Positions 37,589-50,659 of a stretch of DNA of 64,000 nucleotides are shown piece after piece. The position numbers were made by a program, and so were the translations under genes. Every line of letters begins with the position of its first letter. The first letter of the stretch is position 1. Source of the DNA: Nemertoderma westbladi (Eukaryota; Animalia; Xenacoelomorpha); contig JAUCBJ010007168.1 of assembly GCA_032718475.1 (NCBI GenBank), positions 58,386 to 122,385 of the forward strand. The letters run 5' to 3'. Below the pieces are notes generated by a model, which worked only from the letters and a program-made list of their open reading frames with translations, was not told where the DNA came from and searched no databases.

Positions 37589-37931
37589 ACACACTGCAAT
37601 CTCTCGACTCAACAGCAACCAGACAACAATCAGCCTACAAATTATTTATACAATCTGAGCAGGCTTACACGCCTTCTGCTCAATATTACTCTTACAGATA
37701 AATAAAACTGACAGAAGTAAGTAAAATCCCAATAAAAACCAGGGCTGCAGTCCCTGATTAAATATCAAACCTACGGGTATATAATTATCAAAATCTAATA
37801 ATACTGATGTACCTGTACTGCTGTAAGTACCGGTTCTGGTAGTTATGTAGTTAGGCCTACAGGTTACCGGTCGACCGGTACTTTCGACTTTATTGCCTAC
37901 GTTGCAATAAAGAAACTAAAATAACTGTTAT

Positions 37932-39178
37932 TGTTCGCGCTTTTAGACCTTTAGCAGTTTAACCCGCTAATTTTAGGTGTCTTCTAGTTTATAAATCGAC
38001 TTTAGCCTATAACAAGTATTTGTTGCATATAAGATATAAAGTTACACTAGCCGAAGCCAGCCTATGCGCGACCATTCACCCACTGTTAAGGGAGACTGGA
38101 TTCGGAGGCTCTGACCTTATTGCGGTGTAGACTTACGGTACTATTCGATTGATCGTTAATATATAATCTCTGACAAATATTATTTATTTTCGGGAAATAT
38201 TAACAGTTCCTTTAGGACGTGGCGCTCTAAGTATGTAAACAGAGTTATGACTTACACTAAACACAATGGGATGGCTAGTGATTTTCGTATAAAGCGCATT
38301 CTTTAGGAAATGCTTTGTTATCTGTCACACTCATGCACACTACCGCACACTGCTGCACACTGATCTGCTGACCTTCACTGAATTTGATCATATATAAAGA
38401 GAATAGCAACCGACAAATGTAGGGATTATGAAATAGCATTCAATTCACTCAAAAACCACTATAATGTAAGTCGCAATTGCTACAGGTAACCGGTCTCTCT
38501 AACTATCATATACTATATATACTATATATACTATATATATATCTTGATATACTATCAAGAAGATTGGGGTTTTATGATCATTTATCGATATTCTCCAAAT
38601 ATAACAACATATCCATCAACTTCTAACAATTAATAACCGACAGTGAATAGCAGTAAAATAATGCGGTGAAAGGTATGTATAGTATTATATATTATGGTTT
38701 GCTGAGCCGTGTCAGGTGTCAGGTAAGATAACAGTTATACGTTCCTATAATCAAAGCCGTCGAATGTTTTGCTAAAGTCTGAAACTAAGAATAATTCCAA
38801 AGCCGATGTTCTAGGCTCAGGAAAAAGGTAAACAAAGACCGTCATGCATTGCGCGATTTCCCATAGGCTTCTGTACAATATAAAATCAAAATCGCCCTGA
38901 TTGGTCGAGCGAGCCGAACAAAGAGAGTTAAAAGCTCCACATTGACATCAAATCAGCTGATAGATTTCGTCATCGGAACTATACTGTATTAAGAGTATTT
39001 GGCGCATTGCGGCATAAAATGGCTTGTTATGTCCGCTAAAGTACACATACAGAAAAAATGGCTTTTTATGTCCACTAAAACACCTACACAGTAAGAAAAC
39101 GGCTTTTTATGTCCGCTAAAACACCTACAGAGTACTTTGCGGGGAGAATGACTAGTTATATCCGCAAAAGCCTTTACA
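37932..39178 (-). repeat. 5' LTR of BEL element 2 (1247 bp)
   Basis: Sense TGTAAAGG...CGCGAACA; homologous to 23658-23692 and 62912-64000; ~38-bp repeats at 39015-39130; CCAAT ~38900. Confidence 0.9.
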
Positions 39179-39183
39179 GCCAA

Positions 39184-39890
39184 CCATTGGCCGTAGTTCT
39201 ACTGTAGTTATATGATATGGCGGTTCTGTTGGAGAGCTCCTTTCCGAGAGGAATTTATAAACGCCGGTCCATTTAAGTAGCCCTGGTTTATAAAATTATC
39301 ATCACGCTCTCGTTTGTCATCACGAATGTTTACGGCTCTGAGAGCCATCGTAGCTGAAGCAGTTTTTGATAGTCCTAACAGGCGTTTAACAAATCTTGCC
39401 TTAATTATATCGAGTTCTTTTGTGGGTTACGGTTAGAAATTTTCCTATGACAGGGATCCCCCTGTCAGAAGAAGGTAGAATTTCATATGGAAGATTTTCA
39501 TTCCAGTAATAACTAATAAAAGATGGAGATTCGAAAGGCATTCCATTGCAACAAACGCTTTACGCTACTTCCGCATTATATTGGGTTGGAGAGTCACTCC
39601 TAAATATTCATATTTATTACAGATCTCAATGAAATTCCCATCATACAGTAATATAATTTATCAGAGTTGGCGAGCCGGCCACCTTCCTGAACTTTATAAT
39701 TTTCGTTTTGTTCAGATTTAGTTCCATACCGTTTTGATTACACCAGTGATGTATTGCGTCTAAACCATTCTGTATAAAATACCAGGTCATCCGCAAAGAA
39801 CAGGAATACTGATGATATTTGTCGGGAGGAAACTCAGAATATCTAATTTAAATATGATGAAACACATAGGAGAGACACATAGGGAGGAGT
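39184..39890 (-). pseudogene. Degenerate non-LTR RT fragment (copy A), the target of BEL element 2
   Basis: Minus strand LFFADDLV (~39810-39780) and KYEYLGVTL (~39615); paralogous to 44082-44610. Confidence 0.75.
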
Positions 39891-40163
39891 TGTAGGCCTA
39901 TAAAAGAGGAGATAATTTATCTCCCTTAACAATGATCAGGTTATTATATATGCAATGAAGATTATAGATAATATATGTACCGTATTGTTTATACATATTT
40001 TGTTCATTTATAATATAATGGGCTACACAGAATATACAACAACTACCACCATTCATAGATAACGAATAAATATAGTCTCAGAGATCTCTGTAACTACAGA
40101 ACATACGGTGATGTCCATAGAGTAGATTAAGTCTTCTAACATATCAACAGCCTCGGTTCCGTA

Positions 40164-40747
40164 TTAAAACAGTGATAAATTGCTCCTTTTACTTCTCATA
40201 AAAATCTCCGGCATATCATCCTCCTTTATGTTCTCTATGTCTAATGTTCTAGAAACATAACAAACCCTTTTGTTATCCCAATCTTATCATATACAGTATA
40301 ATTACTGTAATTCCTAATAATTCATATAATCTAATAGGGCCTAATATATTAATAATACTTATATAAATACTGCTGCAGTTCTATTTACTGTAGTTCGAAA
40401 AATAATTCTATAAAGCAGATTAATTCTAGGACGACTTTAATTTCATCGTAATTGATAATGATGAATCTCTATTAAGAACATTCAGCTCATACAGTAGTAG
40501 TTTGTTTTTACAAACTGTATCCTATTGAGTTTAATTAATCTATCGGGACTTATACCAACCTTCGAGCAGCAGTTAACCTGGACCCTCTCGTACGAAATGT
40601 CTCTTTGATTGACTCCCGCAATCGCAAAGGTCGCACCTTCAGGAATCCGTCAGACTCGGACTTCGCTACATCATGGTAAGGAAGATTCGTGCCAAGGGTC
40701 AAACAGATGTTTAACAGAACAATACATAATATCAACTTAGAGTACAT
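40164..40747 (-). CDS. Candidate two-exon secreted pre-pro-peptide (~90 aa): exon 1 40747-40560, exon 2 40248-40164
   Basis: Signal peptide MYSKLILCIVLLNICLTLG; donor AG/GTTGGT and acceptor tttgttatgtttctAG are phase-compatible; exon 2 reads RTLDIENIKEDDMPEIFMRSKRSNLSLF*. Confidence 0.5.
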
Positions 40748-41789
40748 CTTGTTTGATTAATAATTAATATTAGACTAAATCCGTTATTTAATACTATAAT
40801 TGATTGATATAATTGACCGTTTATACTTCTGTAATTGTAAACTACCAATTACACGATCGTGGGGCCTTCGCGCAGCACGAGACGCACCTTAGAGGAGACC
40901 CATAGAATCGGTAGTCTGACAGTATTGGCGAGCTTAACGGATTATTCTAGCTGGAGACTTGAAATTGACTTTATTTCCTATGGAAACGTTATTTTAAACT
41001 TATTGCAGACTAAATGTGTAACAATTAATTGTTAACCTTCAAACATTATCCGACAGACTATCAGACCGACCGTTTAAATTGCGGTTCCCATTCCCTAGGC
41101 TTTTTGACTTTATGGCTTGCACCCCACCCCCCCCCCCCCCCCCCCCCCCCCATAAAAATATAAAAATAAAAAACTAAACGAGTATGTTGAAATTTCGTGG
41201 ATGGTTGGCGCCTGTCAATGTACATAGAATAATGCATAATTCATATGTATTCACAAAAATTCACTGGAATATCGCCAAACCCTGCAAAAGAGTGTGAATT
41301 GCTTGATACTCTTTCAATACGAATGCATTTTAGTGACTAGTACGGGTGCAGCAGATCTTTCTTGCATCCAAACATGATCCATAATTGAGTACAAGTTGCC
41401 TTTGGGGAGCTCAGAATTTGGGGGGGGGGGGGGGGGGCACGGGAAATAGACTGCTGAGACTTTTTGTGTAATCCCTGAGAAAACAGCCTTACTTAACTTT
41501 TACTTGTGAGTGTGGTTGTGATGGGAATTCACCATCACTATATAACACTACTCTATGTGCGAAAAAATTAAGGACACGTGGAGTGTGTTGAAGATACCAG
41601 CTGTTTGTATGTACAGTACCAGTATATAGAATGCTGTCTGAAGGACATGTTATCGTATCGCGTGTCGGAGAGTCTGAGTTATTTTTAATAATCGTAAATT
41701 ATTAACCAAGGTTGCAATCTGTGTCTATGTATGCCAATAGGTTTTGTTGCATGGATAAACGAAGTAAAAGTTGCTTTGTACGCAGTACC

Positions 41790-44610
41790 GGTGCGGCTAC
41801 ACCAACACCCCCACACTCCCCCCCCCCCCACCCTCTCTCCGGCTGGCTGTTGCAGAGTAGATCAATCAATTCAAAGTACAGTAGATCAATGTTAACCAGA
41901 TAACCAATTGAATTTACCAGAAAATAAATATAATACAACAATAATGTTAAATAAAGGTTTATAAAAATGTTTTTTTTCCTCCAATATTCTCAGGAGTTCT
42001 TCTTATCTACAGTTAGTCGCCACTGCCATACCGCTCTCTGTGCCATACCGCTCTCTGTGCCATACCGCTCTCTGTGCCATACCGCTCTCTGTGCCATACC
42101 GCTCTCTGTGCCATACCGCTCTCTGTGCCATACCGCTCTCTGTGCCATACCGCTCTCTGTGCCACACCGCTCTCTGTGCCATACCGCTCTCTGTGCCACA
42201 CCGCTCTCTGTGCCATACCGCTCTCTGTGCCATACCGCTCTCTGTGCCATACCGCTCTCTGTGCCATACCGCTCTCTGTGCCATACCGCTCTCTGTGCCA
42301 TACCGCTCTCTGTGCCATACCGCTCTCTGTGCCATACCGCTCTCTGTGCCATACCGCTCTCTGTGCCATACCGCTCTCTGTGCCATACCGCTCTCTGTGC
42401 CATACCGCTCTCTGCCGTTACGATCAACCACAAATATCAATTCCTGCGTATTCTCGAAATAATACCTCCATATTATTGTATAACTTTATCCTGACTACCA
42501 ATACTCCACACTTTAAAACTGAATTTCATATATTTTTCAATTTCACCATTGAAATTTACAGTTGGAATGTTTGACTTTATTTCTTTACTGGCGTTGAGCA
42601 TTTGTAAATATTTTCTAATCTTCTGGCATGATAAGAATGGCTTGGCTTTGTACGACATAACAGTACGACATAACATAACAGTATGTGGTATTGATGTGAA
42701 GCCAAAACCAATAAAACCCGGTTTATAGATTCACTTTCGCGGTGACAGCGCGGTGGTGTCGCCTTCGCATTTTGAACGTACTTTGAATTTGACCGCAGCG
42801 CTAACACCGTGCTGTGACCAAAACGCTGTCATTATGACCAGCATTGCGAAGTGTCTGTAAAACCCACTTAAGACTCTAAGGAATGTAGAGAGAATAAGAT
42901 ATCTAAGTAATTAGTTTTAATAAGGTGGTCGCAAACCAAAAAATTTTAAATTGCTGAATTTTTCATAAAACATCTCATGGAGCAAAATTAGATGTAGATT
43001 CTAAATATCAAGGTCACATGACCTGAATCTCAAGCGATCAAAAGTTATGACAATTTGGTTTATTTCTTTATGACAATGTTTCGAGGTTGTCCGTTATTTT
43101 TCAAATTTTGGCCCAAATTTTTAAATATTTTTTTTCTTATTTCATAATCAAAATTTATCCATCTTTTTTTAAAAATATATACACCCCATGATCGGGGTAA
43201 ATGAGTGTTTAATAGTTATAAATAAAATTAAAATTAAAACAACATGTTAGGGACTTTCGCACAACATAAGGGAATTCACTCCAACATAGTTTCACACAAT
43301 TCACAACATAGTTTAAAATATCACGTTAAAATTGACTTTAAAATTTCACAGAATTGGATAAATAATTTAAAGAGGGACAGTTGGGGCAGTCTAGCACGAA
43401 CGTGGTACAGGTGATGGGCTGAGCCGCCGCTAAAGCTGCATAAACACTAATCCGCTCGATCGTGGAATGTTTCAGAGTTTGTGCATAAGTTGGAGTGCCA
43501 ACCATTGGCCGTAGTTCTACTGTAGTTCTAGTTGATATGGCGGTTCTGATTTCCTCCGTCCTGTTGCTTCTTTCCGAGAGGAATTTATAAACGCCGATTC
43601 ATTTAAAATTATCCTGGTTTATAAAATTATCATAACGGTCTCGTTGTGGCAATTTCCGTATAAAGCAACATTAACTATCTTAATTAGTAATTTATTCTAA
43701 TTAGCCCTTTGACAATATCACACCATTACTCATTGTATACAGTCCTATTCCTACAGTAGAATGTGCATTGTTTGTACAGTAGCTAGTTAGTTAGTAATAC
43801 GTTCAGCTGTAGTAAGTGAATGTAGTAAATTGGATATATATATTGGACTTGTTTCAAGATTTATGTGTGTTACTCATTTATTCATTATAATAGTATAGTA
43901 TTGTAAAAACGCCCCATTTTGTTTCTTTGAAACTTCATCCTGTCTTTATGACAAACTCATTTGACTTCGGTCAAACCAATTTACGCAATACTCGTCTGTA
44001 TTGTCTGTAGTCTTCAATTATTTCGAGTTTGAAGACGTTCGGTGTTTTATCAATAATTTCATCACAGAGTGTTTTTTTCATTTACGGCTCTGAGAGCCAC
44101 TGAAGCAGTTTTTGATGGTCCTAGCATCCGTTTAACAAATCTTGCCTTAATTATATCGAGTTCTATTGTGGGTTACGGTTAGATATTTTCCTATGACAGG
44201 GATCCCCCTGTCACAAGAAGGTAGAATTTCATATGGAAGATTTTCATACCAGTAACAACTAATAAAAGATGGAGATTCGAAAGGCATTCCATAGCAGCAA
44301 ACGCTTTACGCTACTTCCGCATTACATTGGGTTGGAGAGTCACTCCTAAATATTCATATTTATTACAGATCTCAATGAAATTCCCATCATACAGTAATTT
44401 AATTTATCAGAGTTGTTGGCAAGCCGGCCACCTTCCTGAACTTTATAATTTTCGTTTTGTTCAGATTTAGATACCGTTTTGATTACACCAGTGATGTATT
44501 GCGTCTAAACCATTCTGTATTTCGCGGGGATCTTGACGGCTGATGAAATTTGTCGGTGGACACACGAAAGATCTGATATAAATATGATGAAACACATAGG
44601 AGAGAAGGAG
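41790..44610 (+). repeat. Diverged local duplication, copy B
   Basis: Collinear with 20430-23657 plus 39184-39890; lacks the BEL and Kolobok-like insertions. Confidence 0.85.
42024..42416. repeat. 17-bp minisatellite x~23
   Basis: Unit tgccataccgctctctg. Confidence 0.97.
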
Positions 44611-45170
44611 TTCCCCTCAAGTATACCTCTAAGTTGTCTGATCACGTTAGAATATCGTATCCCATCAAAGATTTTAATGTTGTTAATGAAGAGTGATTTT
44701 ATAAACCCATAGAATTTTCCTTTTTTAGTCCAAAAGGATTGAATAATTTGTTTAAGAGAATAGATCTGTTGACGACATCAACAGCTTTTTTAAAGTCTAT
44801 AAATGTAGCGTATACATACAGTCCTAGAGTTATTGTTCCTTGATAATATTGGTGATCTCAGTGCGTCAAAAATATCCCTTAATAATCTGTCTATCGGCTG
44901 TAGTAGTGTTGCGATCGCCCAGAGATAAATCCAAACTGTTCCGTTGGAAGTACGTTTCTTACATTTTGTTGTGTTCGTTTACTTATTACGGATGTAAATA
45001 TTTTCAGGAATATTGGAATGAGGACAATGCCGCGGTAGTTGTTTGGGTCACGTAAAGCTCCCTTTCCTTTATAAACTATTTTAATAATACTAAGATTAAG
45101 ATATTCTGTTCTCGTGTGTTGAGTGTTACGCTTTTTGGCATATGGGCACTCGTTTCGCTCGTATTAGAAA
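43360..45170 (-). pseudogene. Degenerate non-LTR retrotransposon RT (clade uncertain, possibly RTEX/L2-like), copy B
   Basis: Minus-strand motifs across frames: KGKG..DPNNYRGI, EQFGFISGRS, FIDFKKA.D.VNR, GILEGNSFSPMCFIIFISDL, KYEYLGVTL, and a Cys/His-rich C-terminus. Confidence 0.8.
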
Positions 45171-45983
45171 GTTATCAACTCGAGCAAAACTCGACCACTG
45201 TGATATAATTATAGTCGAATATTACTAAACTAAAAATAACATTGAAAAAAGCGCTGCTTTCCGAATAGTTATTGTTATCGAATAATATTAATATTAACCC
45301 GATCTTGTTTGGTAAAACGTATGTAACGTGGTAGCAGGCAAAGAAAGATGAAATTAGATGTTGAATTTTGACGATCACATTGATGGAACATCGGTATAAA
45401 TAAACTCGGGTCATAACGCTGCAAAGTGCTACTTTGCACACAATGATGCATATACATTAGTTATAGAAACATTTGTTTTTTCTTGAGCAACAAGTTTCTG
45501 TGTGTGAGGGGGGCCAGAACAAGTTGCAGAAACAAGTTTCGGAACCAAGTTGCAGAAAGAAGTTGCAGCAACTTGTTTCTGTGTGTGAGGGTATCAGTGA
45601 TTTCCGCCATCATAGCCTAGCCTCCCAAGCCCAACTGTCAATACCAATTATTATACAGAATAGGCATGGAGACCACAATTGCGAATTTATTCCATCAAAC
45701 AAGAAACCTGCCGGTTGCCTAATAGTTACGTTACCGGTAGTTTCACAACTAAACTTACTTTCTCGAATTCTGCTAGAAGTAACATTGAATTTACAAAACA
45801 TTTGATTGCATATTTGATTATGTAATAATTAGGTAGTAAGTCGGCCTATTTATGTAATTATGTAGCGGTGTTTGTATTCACTTGGAAAATCAGGAGCACT
45901 CTGATGTAAGTTTTACGAGCCGAATATAAAATATTACTGTTAGCATTCTAACAAAAAATTATGAGAATTCTGACAATTTAGAA

Positions 45984-48900
45984 GGCTAGAGTTCCGTATT
46001 TCTCCCCATTTGATATTTTGGTTATATTAATTGAATTAATATATTTACTTACGTTACACTGTTATGTCCTCCTATATGTTGCGCAACTTTTAATAAAACA
46101 ATTTTAGTTCTAGAACACTAGCTAGTCAGCTAGCAATTATTTTAAAAAAATATTGTTTGAGTCCTTGAGTTTGAATTTTCATTAATATTCCCATTGATCA
46201 AAATGTAGAACATTATTAGTTACTTATTGTTATTTAATCTAGCTAGTGTTTTTAATGTTAACTTGGTTTTTCATGGTAGATAGTGTTTAAAAAAAACTAT
46301 TTTCATTTTTTGGTGTTTGTTATGTTATTGATTAATGTTTAAGCAACACTGAAAATATATTTTTTTAAAACATTAGCTAATGGCGAGCTACTATTTTAAA
46401 AAGTATTATCGTTTGATAATATTATTATATTTTAACTTTGAATTTTCACTAACACAGTTGTGTTTATGTTAATGAGATATAAATTAATTTATTGTTATTC
46501 CCACTTGTTCCGTACTCCGCCCCACTACTGTAGTTCCTTACTCCTCCCACTAGTTCCGTACTCCTCCCCACTACTCTAGTTCCGTACTCCTCCCACTAGT
46601 TCCGTACTCCTCCCCACTACTCTAGTTCCGTACTCCTCCCACTAGTTCCGTACTCCGCCCCACTAGTTCCGTACTCCTCCCCACTACTGTAGTTCCTTAC
46701 TCCTCCCACTAGTTCCGTACTCCGCCCCACTAGTTCCGTACTCCTCCCCACTACTGTAGTTCCTTACTCCTCCCACTAGTTCCGTACTCCTCCCCACTAC
46801 TCTAGTTCCGTACTCCTCCCACTAGTTCCGTACTCCGCCCCACTAGTTCCGTACTCCTCCCCACTACTGTAGTTCCTTACTCCTCCCACTAGTTCCGTAC
46901 TCCGCCCCACTAGTTCCGTACTCCTCCCCACTACTGTAGTTCCTTACTCCTCCCACTAGTTCCGTACTCCTCCCCACTACTGTAGTTCCGTACTCCTCCC
47001 ACTAGTTCCGTACTCCTCCCCACTACTGTAGTTCCGTACTCCTCCCACTAGTTCCGTACTCCTCCCCACTACTGTAGTTCCTTACTCCTCCCACTAGTTC
47101 CGTACTCCGCCCCACTAGTTCCGTACTCCTCCCCACTACTGTAGTTCCTTACTCCTCCCACTAGTTCCGTACTCCGCCCCACTAGTTCCGTACTCCTCCC
47201 CACTACTGTAGTTCCTTACTCCTCCCACTAGTTCCGTACTCCTCCCCACTACTGTAGTTCCGTACTCCTCCCACTAGTTCCGTACTCCTCCCCACTACTG
47301 TAGTTCCGTACTCCTCCCACTAGTTCCGTACTCCTCCCCACTACTGTAGTTCCGTACTCCTCCCACTAGTTCCGTACTCCGCCCCACTAGTTCCGTACTC
47401 CTCCCCACTACTGTAGTTCCTTACTCCTCCCACTAGTTCCGTACTCCGCCCCACTAGTTCCGTACTCCTCCCCACTACTGTAGTTCCTTACTCCTCCCAC
47501 TAGTTCCGTACTCCTCCCCACTACTGTAGTTCCGTACTCCTCCCACTAGTTCCGTACTCCTCCCCACTACTGTAGTTCCGTACTCCTCCCACTAGTTCCG
47601 TACTCCTCCCCACTACTGTAGTTCCTTACTCCTCCCACTAGTTCCGTACTCCGCCCCACTAGTTCCGTACTCCTCCCCACTACTGTAGTTCCTTACTCCT
47701 CCCACTAGTTCCGTACTCCGCCCCACTAGTTCCGTACTCCTCCCCACTACTGTAGTTCCTTACTCCTCCCACTAGTTCCGTACTCCTCCCCACTACTGTA
47801 GTTCCGTACTCCTCCCACTAGTTCCGTACTCCTCCCACTAGTTCCGTACTCCTCCCCACTACTGTAGTTCCGTACTCCTCCCACTAGTTCCGTACTCCTC
47901 CTCACTACTGTAGTTCCGTACTCCTCCCAGTAGTTCCGTACTCCTCCCACCTAGTTCCGTACTCCTCCCCACTACTGTAGTTCCTTACTCCTCCCACTAG
48001 TTCCGTACTCCTCCCCACTACTGTAGTTCCGTACTCCTCCCACTAGTTTCGTACTCCTCCCACTAGTTCCGTAATCCTCCTCCCCAAAACTGTAGTTCCG
48101 TACTCCGCCCCACTATTGTAGTTCCGTACTCCTCCCACTAGTTCCGTACTCCTCCCACTAGTTCCGTACTCCGCCCCACTACTGTAGTTCCGTACTCCGC
48201 CCCACTACTGTAGTTCCGTACTCCTCCCACTTGTTCCGTACTCCTCCCCACTACTGTAGTTCCTTACTCCTCCCACTAGTTCCGTACTCCGCCCCACTAC
48301 TGTAGTTCCTTACTCCGCCCCACTACTGTAGTTCCTTACTCCTCCCACTAGTTCCGTACTCCTCCCCACTACTGTAGTTCCGTACTCCTCCCACTAGTTC
48401 CGTACTCCTCCCACTAGTTCCGTACTCCTCCCACTAGTTCCGTACTCCTCCCACTAGTTCCGTAATCCTCCTCCCCAAAACTGTAGTTCCGTACTCCTCC
48501 CCACTACTGTAGTTCCGTACTCCTCCCACTAGTTCCGTACTCCTCCCACTAGTTCCGTACTCCTCCCACTAGTTCCGTAATCCTCCTCCCCAAAACTGTA
48601 GTTCCGTACTCCTCCCACTAGTTCCGTACTCCTCCCACTAGTTCCGTAATCCTCCTCCCCAAAACTGTAGTTCCGTACTCCGCCCCACTACTGTAGTTCC
48701 TTACTCCTCCCACTAGTTCCGTACTCCTCCCCACTACTGTAGTTCCGTACTCCGGTAGGCTAGAGTTCCGTATAGAACCGCATTTTTAAAACATATGTCA
48801 TTGTTACTATGGCAACATTGAAGAGTTCTAGAATAATAGAAAAGTATTATATACTATTCTAGAACATAAATAAAATAAAAAATATAATGTTCTAGAACAT

Positions 48901-49656
48901 GTAGCTAGTTTTTTTAAATTTAAAATAGCTAGTAAATTTAAAAAAATATCAAATTTGGTAGATAAATTTTTTTGTATTACTGTTTTTTGTAATACTTTTT
49001 TGTATTTTTTTGTAATGTTTTTGCTATTTTAAACTTAAAAAATAACTAGCTATATGTTCTAGAACATTATATTATTTGTATTATTTATGGTCTAGAATAG
49101 TGTATACCGGTAATACATATAAATAAATATTATTATTATTATATTATATTAAATAAATAAAATAAAAAATAATAAAACATATATCTAGTTTTTTTTAATT
49201 TTAAAATAGCTAGTAAAATTAACAAATAATACAATTTGGTACCGTTAGATAAATTTTTTAATAATAATATATATAAATAAATTTTTTATTATTACTAGCT
49301 ATTTTAAATTTTTTAAAATTACTAGCTATATGTTCTAGAACAATATTTATTTTATTTTATTTTTGTTCTAGAATAGTGTATATTATATATTTGTTGTTCT
49401 GAACTCTTCACTGTTTTCATGGTAACAGTGATTTATGTTATAAAAATGCAGTTCTACACGGAACTACATTTTTTTTGCAGAATTTTTGCGGAATTTTTTT
49501 TAAACACTAGCTAAACCAAAACTAGCTAGGCCTATCATAAAAATTAAATTATTTTTTTTGCCGTGGGATATGTTTAGACATTTATATATGTCAAAAACTG
49601 CTTTAAAATAGATCGAAAAAAAAATACAAAATTGGGAGGAATACGGAACTGTTCCC
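45984..49656. mobile_element. Merlin-like non-autonomous element containing a satellite array and a nested related copy (48758-~49467)
   Basis: Ends GGCTAGAGTTCCGTATTTCTCCCCATTT / AAATTGGGAGGAATACGGAACTGTTCCC, the same termini as 51203-52010. No TSD match visible here. Confidence 0.65.
46500..48753. repeat. 2.25-kb satellite of mixed ~20/21/27-bp units with AGTTCCGTA core
   Basis: ccactagttccgtactcctc, cccactagttccgtactccgc and ccactactgtagttccttactcctc in higher-order alternation. Confidence 0.97.
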
Positions 49657-50659
49657 CAAAGATGTGAATTTATTTAATGGCCCACACCCTTCTGTTAAAC
49701 TCTGCTCTTCACAGAAGTCAAACCCACTCAAACCATGGCGCCACTATTTAGTTTTACCTGGTTTGTTCGCTCTGATTTCTGAACTCTTACCTTACTCTTA
49801 CCTCCCGAAATTCGCCGTTGAGTTGGGGTTTGAGAAATGATATTGAGAATGAGATAGGGACTGTACTTCTAACGGTAACAGTTTCGTATAGAACTGCATT
49901 TTTATAATCATAATCATAGCACTCATAATCATTGTTACCATGGCAACAGTGTAGAGTTCTAGAAAAAAAAAAATGTAATATACACTATTCTAGAACAAAA
50001 ATAAAATAAAAAAATTATTGTTCTAGAAAATATAGCTAGTATTTTTTTTTTAATTGGACCAAAAGATTTATTTTCTTATTTTTTTTTTATATAAAGAGGA
50101 TAACTAGGCCTATATTATTACTTATCCTGCCCTCAAAGGCGGCACACTGCCGCCTTAATCATTTGTAACACAATTATTGGTTACATTGCAATTTAATTGC
50201 ATAAATAATGTAATTAAAAATACAATCAAACCCATAGGAATCCCTCCAAGCATATTAAATTAACTTTTCTAGAGTTTTTCCTGCCCAACACGAATATGAA
50301 CTCCATAAGCAAGTTATACTACTACTACTAATAGGTCGAGCGAACTCGGACAGTGGAAATGAGATCCTTCCAGGCTTCCCGATTCTCCATAGTTGTCGCA
50401 ATTTCGTTTCTCCCAAGTTCAGTATCCCTTAAGTTATTAAGTAAGTAAGTTATAAGAGGTTTTAAAAAAAGGCGGCACCCTGCCGCACTGGGGGTCAGGA
50501 TAATATATGTAATGGCGGCACTTCGCCTCCCTAGGGGTTAAGTTATAATTATATAAAGGCGGCACACTGCCGCCTTGATGAGCAAATGTATGAATGAATG
50601 AATGAATGACCCTGAATTAATTAGAATGAAATAGGCGGCAGAGAGTCATAGCGGCAGTT

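Larger units (their letters stand above)
23658..39178 (-). mobile_element. BEL/Pao LTR retrotransposon, element 2 (decayed, 3' LTR reduced to 35 bp)
   Basis: TG at 23658 and CA at 39177-39178, flanked by GCCAA (23653-23657, 39179-39183). Empty site ggagtGCCAAccattgg at ~43492-43508. Frameshifted gag-pol with BEL motifs. Confidence 0.95.

Noticed and set aside
41125-41440. Poly-C and poly-G tracts as G-quadruplex or inverted-repeat element
   Set aside because: Homopolymer runs recur throughout the window, and no TIR/TSD structure is evident.
41967-42574. Six overlapping repetitive ORFs
   Set aside because: Artefacts of a stop-free 17-bp minisatellite.
46500-48753. CRISPR-like array
   Set aside because: No unique spacers and no cas genes; simple variant tandem units in eukaryotic DNA.
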